A stretch of DNA of 64,000 nt from a virus. The notes beneath the pieces were generated by a model, which saw nothing but the letters and a program-made list of their open reading frames with translations, was not told where the DNA came from and made no database searches. Below are positions 50,222 through 59,520 of the stretch, one piece after another; position 1 is the stretch's first letter; every line of letters begins with the position of its first letter. The translations under genes were made by a program, and so were the position numbers. The stretch spans positions 1-64,000 of the IMG/VR virus record IMGVR_UViG_3300031566_005149. One strand, given 5' to 3'.

Positions 50222-50865
50222 TTTACTCTCCTCAAGTATCCCTTTGGATTAAAAGACATTAAGTGACGTTCACAATTCCAGTCAACCTCAAAATCATCAT
50301 TTTCTTTCAGAAAGAATTCGACAGCTGCATACGCACCCTCATCTTCATGTTCCCATTCAACTGGGTGTCCAGGTTTTCCCGCATGAGTGTCTTCAACGAT
50401 CATATAATAGTCCTTACCAACAAATGCTTCATAAATCCCCATCTCTTGAAGCACATGATTACGGCTATGCCATGAATCTAAAATAACTATATTTTTCTTT
50501 GTCTTATTTCCAACAATCTTTTTAATAGCTTCAATCGTTAATGGATTGGTACTACTTCCATGTATAAAATCAATTCTATCTGACCATTCGTATTGAGCTA
50601 TTTCATCCTCGTCATATCTCTGCTCAATATCACATGTCACAACCCTACCCTGACCCATAAGCTCACATATGGATGCATAGAATAAAGCAGAGCCGCCTTT
50701 CGCTGTTCCCATTTCCAGAATATAGTCTGGTTTTAACTTAAATATAAGCTCTTGAATCACCATCATATCTGGAGGCCATTTGTAACATGGAACTCCAAGC
50801 CAGGAATTATCTTCCCAAATTCTAGCTCTCTCATATAGCTTATGGTATTCATCAATAAAATCCAT
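50215..50865 (-). CDS. CmcI-family O-methyltransferase
   Basis: WLGVP..K.P.D...QE, E.GTAKGGSA, ILDSWH, VED, NPKGYL. Confidence 0.88.
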   Translation of the reverse strand: MDFIDEYHKLYERARIWEDNSWLGVPCYKWPPDMMVIQELIFKLKPDYILEMGTAKGGSALFYASICELMGQGRVVTCDIEQRYDEDEIAQYEWSDRIDFIHGSSTNPLTIEAIKKIVGNKTKKNIVILDSWHSRNHVLQEMGIYEAFVGKDYYMIVEDTHAGKPGHPVEWEHEDEGAYAAVEFFLKENDDFEVDWNCERHLMSFNPKGYLRRVKW

Positions 50866-50866
50866 G

Positions 50867-51478
50867 TTATCTCCTTGTTAAAACAGTAATTGATGGCCAA
50901 TCTTTTATGACCTTTACATCCCATTTTTTCCTTGCTGCTATAATTGGTAGCACTGAACGAATTGGCTTCTTGTTATATTTCTTCATCCACTCAACCTCAT
51001 CCCTTTCTGCACCCCCACCTTCTAATACAATTCGTCCACCTTTAGAGATTTTGTTTCCCCAAAGTTCGACAGTCTTTAGAAACGTATTTCCGTCATTTGC
51101 TATATCCATGTGGAGTAAATCTATCTCACCCTCAGCGTATTGACTATGAACCTCAAATGCATCACCTTGTAATATTGTTACATACTCATCCACCTCGTTG
51201 GCTCTAAGCATATTGTAAACATCGACAGCACTTCCATGATTATATTCAAATTTCTCAAACAGATCATATGCAATAACATGTCCATTAAAATATTCTGCTT
51301 TTGAATTTAATTTGGTTGCTTTAGCGAAGTGGTATAAAGAATATCCATCCAATACACCACATTCAACAATCAGACTTGGTTTGTATCCAAGAGTCATGAT
51401 CTCAAATGTTCGTCCGATATTATTTTTCTTGTATGACGATCTCATTGAGTCCAGTGGTTTATACTCCAATAGATTCAT
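50867..51478 (-). CDS. Class I SAM-dependent methyltransferase
   Basis: IVECGVLDGYS, YDLF, IDLLHMDI. Confidence 0.8.
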   Translation of the reverse strand: MNLLEYKPLDSMRSSYKKNNIGRTFEIMTLGYKPSLIVECGVLDGYSLYHFAKATKLNSKAEYFNGHVIAYDLFEKFEYNHGSAVDVYNMLRANEVDEYVTILQGDAFEVHSQYAEGEIDLLHMDIANDGNTFLKTVELWGNKISKGGRIVLEGGGAERDEVEWMKKYNKKPIRSVLPIIAARKKWDVKVIKDWPSITVLTRR

Positions 51479-51741
51479 TTAGCACCCCGCTCACACATTG
51501 TTTTATAGGAATCTTCTATATGTTTACATGAGTCAGCAGCCATAATCAACTCGTGTGCCAAAATTCTCGCCTCAGATTGTGTGAGATCGAAAGAACCTTT
51601 ACTAACATATCCATGCACCCATTGTCCTCTAGGTGGTGGATCATTCTTTGGGTCCTCATGACATATAAATGGCAATCCATCCAATGTTATAAGAACGTCA
51701 GGCCCATCACCCCAAGTACAAGTGGCTTTAATTTCTTCCAT
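51475..51741 (-). CDS. Hypothetical protein
   Basis: ORF with GGAG RBS. Confidence 0.6.
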   Translation of the reverse strand: MEEIKATCTWGDGPDVLITLDGLPFICHEDPKNDPPPRGQWVHGYVSKGSFDLTQSEARILAHELIMAADSCKHIEDSYKTMCERGAK

Positions 51742-51852
51742 TCATTTTCTCCTTTGTTCTCCAGTAAAGTAATAGAAATATCAAAATAAATTGAGATGCT
51801 TCCATTAAGAATTCAATAATATTTTCTAAATTTAAAGAAATCCAATATGACA

Positions 51853-54729
51853 TTAGGCGTCTCCTTTAATCAAATCAACCCAACGATCTTTAACAAAAAA
51901 TTCTTGGGCTCTATCACGAGCCGCTCTACCCTTATCTCTTAATATATCTGGATTATCGGTTATCTCTTGAATGATTGGATATAAATCGTCGATCTTATTA
52001 ATAAGCCAACCTGTCTTTGGAGTTATTCGATCATTTGGACCACCTGTTCTGGAATCACATATAGATGCTAGACCACATGCATGTGCTTCTATTACAGTTC
52101 GAGGACCTTGATCAGTAAATCCAACTGGTGGAAGATACATAAATAGATTTCCCTGACTCATGTATATTGGGACAGGTGGTTGATTCTTTCCATGACGATG
52201 AATACGTACATCATCAATTGATAAGAAACTTGGAGCTGGCATGAAAAAGAATTCAGTCTTATCATTAATACCCCAAATAGTAGCAATCATTGTTTCTATA
52301 TCTTTTCGATGTTTTGCATCACCTTGAGAATTCAAACACGTAATTCTAAGATTATCACCATAGTTCGGTTTAACCTTAAAGAACTCAGTCAAATCAGTTG
52401 GTGGTGGTTGAACAAAACACTTATCCTTTGCATCTGGATAGATACGCAAAAACTCATTCATTAACATTGAGGATAGGAATCCGTATGCATCCCAACCCTT
52501 TGTCCATTCAGTTTTACCAGATGAACCAATTCGATAGTTCAACATAAGTGTTTTTCGTTTTGCTTTAAGTAAAGGCATAAATTCGGTATACATATCCTTG
52601 TTATAGTTGAATATTGTATCTGATGCATAGAACATCGCTAGATCACATTCACCTTCCCAAGTACCCCACTTCTTCACAAGAACTTCACCGATACGATCTA
52701 CACTGCTTTGATACTCTCCGCAAATCACACCACTTGGATATAGTTCGATATTATAACCTCTGTTCTTCATCATGTTCATTATTTCACAGGTACTTCTTTC
52801 CGATCCACCCCAACCGCGCGTAGTTGTCAGCATTCTAAAGGTTGGTTTATTTGGATCGGCAACTGGTTTGGGGTTCAGCTTTTCATCCAATTCTTTACGA
52901 ACCCATAAATGACATCTGTGACCACCTTTTCCTGGGCCTTCGAATCCAGCTTCCAGATATTTGGCTTGCCATTTTCGCTCAGGTGCTCTTCCAGCATCAT
53001 GAACAATAACAACATCAGCTAATTCAGCTGCTGCCTTGATTGACCACTCACGATTCTCTCCACCAGAAGGACCATCAACGAAAGCAAAATCAAAACGCTT
53101 TGGTAGAACTGATGGTGGTACAAATTCCTTCGTTGGGTCCCAACTGTAGAATGTATGTTTCTTCTCGTCGGCTAAGTCCTTGACTTTCTTGATCCATCCT
53201 GGCTGTGTTTCAAAGGTATGAACTTCTTCAACAACTGACCCCATAAGAAGCGTTGAAAGTCCAGCACCAAACTCAAGAATGGTTTTGACTTTATATTTTT
53301 CGAGCAACGCTTTAATATGAATCCAATCTTTATCTGTTATAGATGCACCATCCCATTGATAACCATATTTCTTTAGAAGGTCTTCATCAACTGGTTTCAC
53401 TGTTGGAGCAACAAAAATCCTCTTCTCTTTCGTAACGTTCTTAAAGTATGTATTAGGAACTTTCTTTCCCATCTGTAAACGACCACCTTTATAGTATGAC
53501 ATCACACCTTCAACAATAGTTTCAGGTTCTATAATATCAACACACATTGGAACTTGTTGACCAATCGCATTTGTTTTATCAGAGTGATTCGTACAACCCT
53601 TCATACTTGTCTTCCAACATGCTTTATGAGCAGAACAGGGCAAACAACCATTTGTATGAATATATTGGTGTCCGTAATATTGAGTGAACCAAGCTGGCTC
53701 CCGTGCTCCAGCCAAAACCAAGCAAGGGTTCCCAAATGCGGCACTCAAATGCATATGCATAGAAACCAAACCAATACTTCCCTGAGAATGTAAAAATATA
53801 TTGAATAGATCACGAAGGCCAGTATTTCGATCTTCAGTCTTGCCAACATAATTTATAACACCATCGAGAACTGGATAAGGATGTCCTTTAACTCCAACCT
53901 GAACAACCTTGATTCCTTGTTTCTGCATACCATCAATAACTTCTTGCCAACGGTGATATTGTTTTGCTGGCCATCCAGGTTCTCCACCATAAATGAAAAC
54001 CCAATAAGGTCCATCAATAAGAGGCTTTCTATTATACTCATCTTGCGTCATCCAAATATCTGGTGTTATCGGCCCCTGTGGGAATGTGACACCAAGTTTA
54101 TTTTGAACATCCATGCGATACCCATTGGCAAAGTGATGATCCCAATAGTTTGATTTATTCGTGGCATATCCAGGACCTATTTTAAGAATATGTTCTGGAT
54201 CAATAAATTGATGATCGATATTTGGGTTATTATCCCATAGATGTCGAGCTGTCGAAATAACACCCACACGCACGTAGGGATATGCCGCTTTAAAATCTCT
54301 AACCATTGCTGTGAAACACAAAATATCTCCAATGGCCTGACGATTATGAAAGACAACTTCTTTCGGAGGTTCATTTCCAGCAACCATTGGTGCAATTGTT
54401 TCCGAGGAAAGCTTTGGCATTTCGACATGACTCGCTAAATCCTCAAGCATTTTAGTTTGTTGTTTTGGGTCATCCTCTAAGATATGATGAATCTTTCCAG
54501 AAGTTGTTATTAACGATGCTGTAAAGGATTCAAGTTTTTCATTTTTTAAATCATCGGGTAGAGTCGTGGCTTCTATCTGAAATGCTTGAGCCACGGTTGG
54601 TCGGGGTGCTTGCACGATCTCTTTTTTGAAGTGAGATCGATTGTCTATCAGTTGTATTGGTTTGTCGACTTTTGGTGGGGTTGGTCCATTGAAAACATCT
54701 TTAAGTTCGTTCTTTTTCTTTACCATCAA
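51853..54729 (-). CDS. Multidomain GT9-like glycosyltransferase + SAM methyltransferase + GT4-like glycosyltransferase
   Basis: AIGDIL...NPNID and HLSAAFG.P (GT9), ILEFGAGLST and FVDGP (MTase), GGSE and GPRTVIEAHACG (GT4). Confidence 0.8.
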   Translation of the reverse strand: MMVKKKNELKDVFNGPTPPKVDKPIQLIDNRSHFKKEIVQAPRPTVAQAFQIEATTLPDDLKNEKLESFTASLITTSGKIHHILEDDPKQQTKMLEDLASHVEMPKLSSETIAPMVAGNEPPKEVVFHNRQAIGDILCFTAMVRDFKAAYPYVRVGVISTARHLWDNNPNIDHQFIDPEHILKIGPGYATNKSNYWDHHFANGYRMDVQNKLGVTFPQGPITPDIWMTQDEYNRKPLIDGPYWVFIYGGEPGWPAKQYHRWQEVIDGMQKQGIKVVQVGVKGHPYPVLDGVINYVGKTEDRNTGLRDLFNIFLHSQGSIGLVSMHMHLSAAFGNPCLVLAGAREPAWFTQYYGHQYIHTNGCLPCSAHKACWKTSMKGCTNHSDKTNAIGQQVPMCVDIIEPETIVEGVMSYYKGGRLQMGKKVPNTYFKNVTKEKRIFVAPTVKPVDEDLLKKYGYQWDGASITDKDWIHIKALLEKYKVKTILEFGAGLSTLLMGSVVEEVHTFETQPGWIKKVKDLADEKKHTFYSWDPTKEFVPPSVLPKRFDFAFVDGPSGGENREWSIKAAAELADVVIVHDAGRAPERKWQAKYLEAGFEGPGKGGHRCHLWVRKELDEKLNPKPVADPNKPTFRMLTTTRGWGGSERSTCEIMNMMKNRGYNIELYPSGVICGEYQSSVDRIGEVLVKKWGTWEGECDLAMFYASDTIFNYNKDMYTEFMPLLKAKRKTLMLNYRIGSSGKTEWTKGWDAYGFLSSMLMNEFLRIYPDAKDKCFVQPPPTDLTEFFKVKPNYGDNLRITCLNSQGDAKHRKDIETMIATIWGINDKTEFFFMPAPSFLSIDDVRIHRHGKNQPPVPIYMSQGNLFMYLPPVGFTDQGPRTVIEAHACGLASICDSRTGGPNDRITPKTGWLINKIDDLYPIIQEITDNPDILRDKGRAARDRAQEFFVKDRWVDLIKGDA

Positions 54730-54753
54730 TTCGTTCCTTTCACGTATTATAAT

Positions 54754-54769
54754 ATTTGATTTTTGTTCT
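54754..54769 (-). promoter_or_regulatory. Putative late promoter for the glycan operon
   Basis: AGAACAAAAATCAAAT. Confidence 0.55.
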
Positions 54770-54792
54770 CTTTTTTCAGAAGTGTTCTCGGT

Positions 54793-55293
54793 TTAAAACT
54801 CTGGATCACACGTTCTTATAAGGTTGAAACTCTTTGGAATACTTTTTACATATTCCTTTAAATTCTTAATCATAATCCTATCACTGTCTATAATTGTCTT
54901 GAACTGGTGTCTGATTTCATCCTCTGTTACATCCCCCACAGTTACGCTCATAGGTATGCCAAAACTAAAGGTCCAATTAGTTGTGTGATTAATTGCAGTG
55001 TTTATCCATTTAACTTTAAACACATTTCCAGATACATCTATAATATCATTACAAAATTCATGGTAATCATTTTTGATTGTTGATAACATTGTACTATGAA
55101 CTGTTTTGATTTTATCATGCGATTCCAATGGGATAAAATCTAACCAACACCTATTAATTAATTCCTTGTGAGTTTTAAAACCCAATTTTGTATACAGGGA
55201 TATATTAACGAAACGTATTGTCATTGCAAAATCTAATACGATAACATATGCATTAGTAAAGTTTAAAATTTCAAAAATTTCTTCAGCTTTCAT
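54793..55293 (-). CDS. Stand-alone PAS-domain protein
   Basis: IVLD...IRFVN.....LGF....ELI.R.W.DFIP, ...KW.NT. Confidence 0.75.
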   Translation of the reverse strand: MKAEEIFEILNFTNAYVIVLDFAMTIRFVNISLYTKLGFKTHKELINRCWLDFIPLESHDKIKTVHSTMLSTIKNDYHEFCNDIIDVSGNVFKVKWINTAINHTTNWTFSFGIPMSVTVGDVTEDEIRHQFKTIIDSDRIMIKNLKEYVKSIPKSFNLIRTCDPEF

Positions 55294-55298
55294 TTTTC

Positions 55299-55685
55299 TT
55301 ACACCCCCAATTTTAATGCGATAGCTTCTAATAATGAGTATTTATCGATCAATTGATAAATAACCCAAAATAATGATATAACCATACTACCTATAGCAAC
55401 ATAAAGAAGATTAACACGATTTATTATTTTCCCACTTGATTTAATATTTTCTTTTTCATGACCCTCCAATTTATCTCTGATCTTCTCAATGATAACTTCA
55501 ACAACAATAATCTTATCTTTAATGTTAACTTCCATTAGAACACTGTCGTCCTTACACTGCCGTAAGATATCTAATATAACAGATAGTTGCTGAGATATAA
55601 GAGTGTTCATCTCAACGCTATTTTTATAACTCTCCAACAGAAGAAATAAATCTTCTTTGTGCAGGCTTTCCTTTTCTTCAGTCAT
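55299..55685 (-). CDS. Coiled-coil protein with a C-terminal TM helix
   Basis: LLYVAIGSMVISLFWVIY. Confidence 0.7.
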   Translation of the reverse strand: MTEEKESLHKEDLFLLLESYKNSVEMNTLISQQLSVILDILRQCKDDSVLMEVNIKDKIIVVEVIIEKIRDKLEGHEKENIKSSGKIINRVNLLYVAIGSMVISLFWVIYQLIDKYSLLEAIALKLGV

Positions 55686-55713
55686 ATTGTAACCTCAACT
55701 TTTAATTTTTTAT

Positions 55714-55733
55714 CTATATATATTAATAAATGA
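55714..55733 (+). promoter_or_regulatory. Putative early promoter (1 mismatch)
   Basis: CTATATATATTAATAAATGA at the start of the + strand accessory block. Confidence 0.68.
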
Positions 55734-55741
55734 TAAGAAGC

Positions 55742-55757
55742 GTTTAATGTTTGTTCT
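55742..55757 (-). promoter_or_regulatory. Putative late promoter
   Basis: AGAACAAACATTAAAC. Confidence 0.55.
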
Positions 55758-55784
55758 CAGTTTCTAATAAAAAGGGAGGTATAA

Positions 55785-55967
55785 ATGTTTAAATTCTACA
55801 ACAAAATAGGTAATCAATGGATCGAAATATCAGAGCTCGAGCTCCATGCAAAATTGTACAATTATGTAACGCAAACAACTCCCATTATCCGAAGACTTCT
55901 CAAAGAGAAAGAGGTCACGATGGGAACCGAAACATTCAAAATTATAGTGAGGAGGGAAGCCATTTGA
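55785..55967 (+). CDS. Hypothetical protein
   Basis: GGGAGG RBS. Confidence 0.65.
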   Translation: MFKFYNKIGNQWIEISELELHAKLYNYVTQTTPIIRRLLKEKEVTMGTETFKIIVRREAI

Positions 55968-56539
55968 TTAGATACATTGTGTACAGTAAGCTGCAACAGA
56001 AGATATCTTCCTTCTGTTGCAGCAGGGTGATATTTTCTGGACTCCAAATAAAGGTAAAGCATCCAACATTATTTTTTGATAGCGATTTTCTCTCTGAACT
56101 CAAACGATATAACAGAAGTACAGATGAAAATGCTAAAACGTCTATCATTCGGGGAGTCTGTGGTAAATGTGATGGCTATGGAATCTTTGATTGGGTTACA
56201 AGAATAACAACCGATGATGGAGCCACAGAAAAGGCAATATCTCATGTTGATACCACTAGGCCCGTGGTCGTAAAGAATGAAAACCCAATTAAAACAGTTT
56301 ATATAAATGATCAAACTGATCGAATAAAATTTTATTACATTAGTGATTTTATGACAGATGATCTAACATATCGATGTGATCAATGTCTTGGTATTGGATT
56401 GGATGTAGATATTTCCAAAATTGTAGAATTACATACGGATCAAATATCAGATATTATATCAAAACCAAAACCAAAACCAAAACCGATAATTAGAACCAAA
56501 GGATATTTAAGAAAACTCTTGGATTACATATTTAATTGA
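55964..56539 (+). CDS. Hypothetical protein with two CxxCxGxG motifs
   Basis: CGKCDGYG, CDQCLGIG. Start uncertain (TTG at 55964). Confidence 0.55.
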   Translation: MIRYIVYSKLQQKISSFCCSRVIFSGLQIKVKHPTLFFDSDFLSELKRYNRSTDENAKTSIIRGVCGKCDGYGIFDWVTRITTDDGATEKAISHVDTTRPVVVKNENPIKTVYINDQTDRIKFYYISDFMTDDLTYRCDQCLGIGLDVDISKIVELHTDQISDIISKPKPKPKPIIRTKGYLRKLLDYIFN

Positions 56540-56562
56540 TAGGCAAATGTAAAGGAGAAAAT

Positions 56563-57210
56563 ATGAAACTATATCAGAAATTCTTGTATACCGCTTTGTT
56601 AGTATTCTCTGTGTTATTTTACGCCGACTTTAAAGAAATGGAAACTCAATCATATGAATATACAATAGTCGAATTGAATTCGGATATTTCGATATTAAAC
56701 AACAGTCTCATCGTTCAAAAAAAAGAGAACAAAAAACTGCTTGAAAGGATTGAAGAAGTTAGTTTAGAGGATGAAGTTGAAACAGAAAACATGATCTATG
56801 ATTATATCACGGCAAATTATCGTAGAACACCACCAACTGTTGCCAGAGAGATTGCTGTTCGTATCATTGAGATATCCAAAGAGAAAAATGTAGCCGCGCC
56901 CCTGATCCTAGGAATCACCGAGGTTGAATCTAACTTCAATCCCTTTGCTGTAAGTAAAGCTGGAGCAAGGGGATTAATGCAAGTCATGCCAGAATGGATT
57001 GACAAACTCCCGACGATCCTGATAGATAAACATGATTTGCATGATATCACCACGGGACTAAAGGCTGGAACTGACGTATTTAACATTCACCTGAAAGAAC
57101 AGAAGGGGGATGTAAATAAGGCATTATACTATTATGTTAATAAGGATCATTCCTACGTTCTCAAGGTTTACACGGCAATGGGAAAATTCTTATCATTCAG
57201 AAGTAAATAG
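56563..57210 (+). CDS. Membrane-anchored lytic transglycosylase (SLT domain)
   Basis: VESNFNPFAVSKAGARGLMQVMP, N-terminal hydrophobic anchor. Confidence 0.9.
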   Translation: MKLYQKFLYTALLVFSVLFYADFKEMETQSYEYTIVELNSDISILNNSLIVQKKENKKLLERIEEVSLEDEVETENMIYDYITANYRRTPPTVAREIAVRIIEISKEKNVAAPLILGITEVESNFNPFAVSKAGARGLMQVMPEWIDKLPTILIDKHDLHDITTGLKAGTDVFNIHLKEQKGDVNKALYYYVNKDHSYVLKVYTAMGKFLSFRSK

Positions 57211-57216
57211 AGATTA

Positions 57217-57265
57217 AAAGTTTTCCTTCAAACTGGCTTAACTCGCTAATTTGAAGGAAAACTTT
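57217..57265 (+). promoter_or_regulatory. 16-bp stem-loop abutting the next RBS
   Basis: AAAGTTTTCCTTCAAA ... TTTGAAGGAAAACTTT. Confidence 0.6.
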
Positions 57266-57275
57266 GGAGGAAACG

Positions 57276-57413
57276 ATGGGAAAACCGAAACAAAAAATAA
57301 TTTATAATAAGAAAATATCAGAACAAAAGAGAGCACTTCGAATTCCCACGCCAAAGACGGGGGAGGATTTTAAAGATAAAAAAGCATACACTAGAAAGGA
57401 GAAGCACAAATAA
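57276..57413 (+). CDS. 45-aa basic peptide with an ArfA-like C-terminus
   Basis: GGAGG RBS, MGKPKQK...FKDKKAYTRKEKHK. Not in the ORF track. Confidence 0.6.
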   Translation: MGKPKQKIIYNKKISEQKRALRIPTPKTGEDFKDKKAYTRKEKHK

Positions 57414-57417
57414 GATT

Positions 57418-57969
57418 ATGGAACTTGAAAAAGCAAAAGCATTGTTATCATTATACCCAGATATATTCTCTTATTTTATAAAAAAATATAAACACCCAGA
57501 ATATCAATTCTCTGTTAGTAATGGTTGGTATCAATTGATATTCGATATATGTTATCATATAAAAGAAGTTCAATATAAATATTATAAAAATGAAATCGAA
57601 GTCACATGTCTCCAGATAAAAGAAAAGTTTGGAGGACTTTCTTTTTATTATACAATGTATGTGAGATCGGAAAGACTTGGAGATAAAATTTCTAAAAAAA
57701 TAAGTGGCTGGTTTCTGAAATTTATGTGCAAACATGGTTTCTCCACATTGTATTGGAAATCTCATAACTGGAGGTGTGATAATCTTTATCAAACGATACC
57801 TGAAAAGATTGAACTAATAATAAAGAAACGCGTTGGGCAGTCGTATAAAATTTGTGAGTTATGTGGAAGTGAAGGAGAAATATGTAACCCGAGTGGCCGC
57901 TGGACACTAACTTTATGTAAAAAACACTTTAACGAAGAAAAGGAGAGAAAAGAATGGAAAGCAACTTAA
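57418..57969 (+). CDS. Hypothetical phage protein
   Basis: GWY.LI, QIKEKFGGL.FY, ICELCG. Confidence 0.7.
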   Translation: MELEKAKALLSLYPDIFSYFIKKYKHPEYQFSVSNGWYQLIFDICYHIKEVQYKYYKNEIEVTCLQIKEKFGGLSFYYTMYVRSERLGDKISKKISGWFLKFMCKHGFSTLYWKSHNWRCDNLYQTIPEKIELIIKKRVGQSYKICELCGSEGEICNPSGRWTLTLCKKHFNEEKERKEWKAT

Positions 57970-58262
57970 AAGTAATCTACATGATTAGCGGAATGTTCAT
58001 TATAGGGGAAATTGCCCGAATCCCCAATCACCCAACTGGTGGAATGTCAATTAAAAGAGCCCTGGCACTTATGCCTACAAAAGATGGAATGCAGCTCATG
58101 GAAGCATTTCCATTTACTGATCTTGATGAGGAAATCACATTGGAGCATGGATCATACACCGCAATCACTAAAATCGATGACCACGGTGATCAGATACTAA
58201 AAAAATATGAAAACGGAATCAGACAAGTTCGAGAACAAAAGAGCGGGCTAATACTGCCATAA
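57954..58262 (+). CDS. Hypothetical protein (possible Sm-like fold)
   Basis: ISGMFIIG...SGLILP. Confidence 0.6.
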   Translation: MESNLKVIYMISGMFIIGEIARIPNHPTGGMSIKRALALMPTKDGMQLMEAFPFTDLDEEITLEHGSYTAITKIDDHGDQILKKYENGIRQVREQKSGLILP

Positions 58263-58269
58263 TGAAATA

Positions 58270-58353
58270 GCCACCGTCCCTCAGCGGTTGAGAGGACCGG
58301 ATTTGTAATCCGGTGGATAATATCCCACGTAGGTTCGAATCCTACCGGTGGCT
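58270..58353 (+). tRNA. tRNA-Thr(TGT) with a long variable arm, CCA not encoded
   Basis: Acceptor GCCACCG/CGGTGGC, D stem CCTC/GAGG, anticodon CCGGA-TTTGTAA-TCCGG, T arm GTAGG-TTCGAAT-CCTAC. Confidence 0.88.
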
Positions 58354-58391
58354 CTATCCTTAATTAAATCAATAAGTTAGGAGAAACAACA

Positions 58392-58940
58392 ATGACGTTC
58401 TGGTTTACCTCAGATCAACACTACGGTCATACAAAAATAATTCAATATTGTGATCGACCATTTTCGTCTGCCGAAGAAATGGACGAGATGATTATTGAAA
58501 AACATAATAAAGTTGTGAAAGATGATGATATAGTTATCAACGCTGGTGATTTTACATTAAGAAAAGGTATAAAAAGCGTGTATATAAAATATATTGATAG
58601 ATTGAATGGGAGACAGATATTCTTAAAAGGTAGCCATGACTATTGGCTAAAAGGAAAAGACAACGTTCAGATATTGGAAAAAAATCTATCAATTCATGGA
58701 AAAAAATATTATGTTGTAGTATGCCACTATAATATGAGGACGTGGGCTAGATCACATTATAATAGCTGGCAACTTCATGGTCATTCTCATGGAAAGTTAA
58801 AGCCTGTTGGAAAACAACATGATATCGGAGTAGATAACAATAACTTCTATCCTGTAGCAGATTATGAAATAGAAAGAATAATGCAATCCAGAGAAGATAA
58901 TTTTAATTTGGTGCTGCGCCCCCCCTTGGTGTGGTGGTAA
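58392..58940 (+). CDS. Calcineurin-like metallophosphoesterase
   Basis: TSDQHYGH, AGDF, GSHD, CHY, HGHSH, DIGVD. Confidence 0.88.
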   Translation: MTFWFTSDQHYGHTKIIQYCDRPFSSAEEMDEMIIEKHNKVVKDDDIVINAGDFTLRKGIKSVYIKYIDRLNGRQIFLKGSHDYWLKGKDNVQILEKNLSIHGKKYYVVVCHYNMRTWARSHYNSWQLHGHSHGKLKPVGKQHDIGVDNNNFYPVADYEIERIMQSREDNFNLVLRPPLVWW

Positions 58941-59013
58941 CGAAGCCCAATGATGGGACTACGTGCAGCATTCTTGAAGAAATGGGAGTTGTAAAACCCA
59001 GAGCGGAGACGAG

Positions 59014-59520
59014 ATGACGAGAAAAAAGAAGCAACCACAACCACAACCAAAACCAAAAACCATAACCATAGTTGAATATGCGCTTCGACATAAAGAGAGT
59101 GGAAAGCTTTTAACATATAATGTTTCATCCAATGGTGATGCTGAATTTTGTGGAGACACAACTGTGGAATTAGATCATTATCAAGATGACCCAATTTGGT
59201 ATATTGATAAAGCATATAATGCTGAGTACGTTAGACAGTACTCAACAGAATGGTATAATTCTGGTATGAGCTGTCCAAAACACTCATACGATTCAAAAGA
59301 ATTGGAAGTGGTAAAAGTAACCAAAATTATTTCAGCTGAACGAGTGGATATAAGAATTCCTACTGTAATGGAATTCTTCGCAATTCAATATGCAAAAGAA
59401 GAGCCAGCTTATAATGCTTACTTACAAAACTTATATAAAACTCAAGAGATGAAGTATAGCTTTCATGAACTTTCATATCTAATTTCTAAGGGAGAATGGA
59501 AACCAGAGGAGGGTGGATAA
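59014..59520 (+). CDS. Hypothetical protein
   Basis: ORF with GGAG RBS. Confidence 0.65.
   Translation: MTRKKKQPQPQPKPKTITIVEYALRHKESGKLLTYNVSSNGDAEFCGDTTVELDHYQDDPIWYIDKAYNAEYVRQYSTEWYNSGMSCPKHSYDSKELEVVKVTKIISAERVDIRIPTVMEFFAIQYAKEEPAYNAYLQNLYKTQEMKYSFHELSYLISKGEWKPEEGG

Noticed and set aside
55817-55963. N-terminal extension of the 240-aa ORF
   Set aside because: Overlaps the RBS-supported 55785-55967 gene, so the real start is probably near 55964
58270-58353. tRNA-Tyr(GTA), suggested by the long arm
   Set aside because: The 7-nt loop TTTGTAA centres on TGT, and the G1-C72/C2-G71 pairs fit Thr
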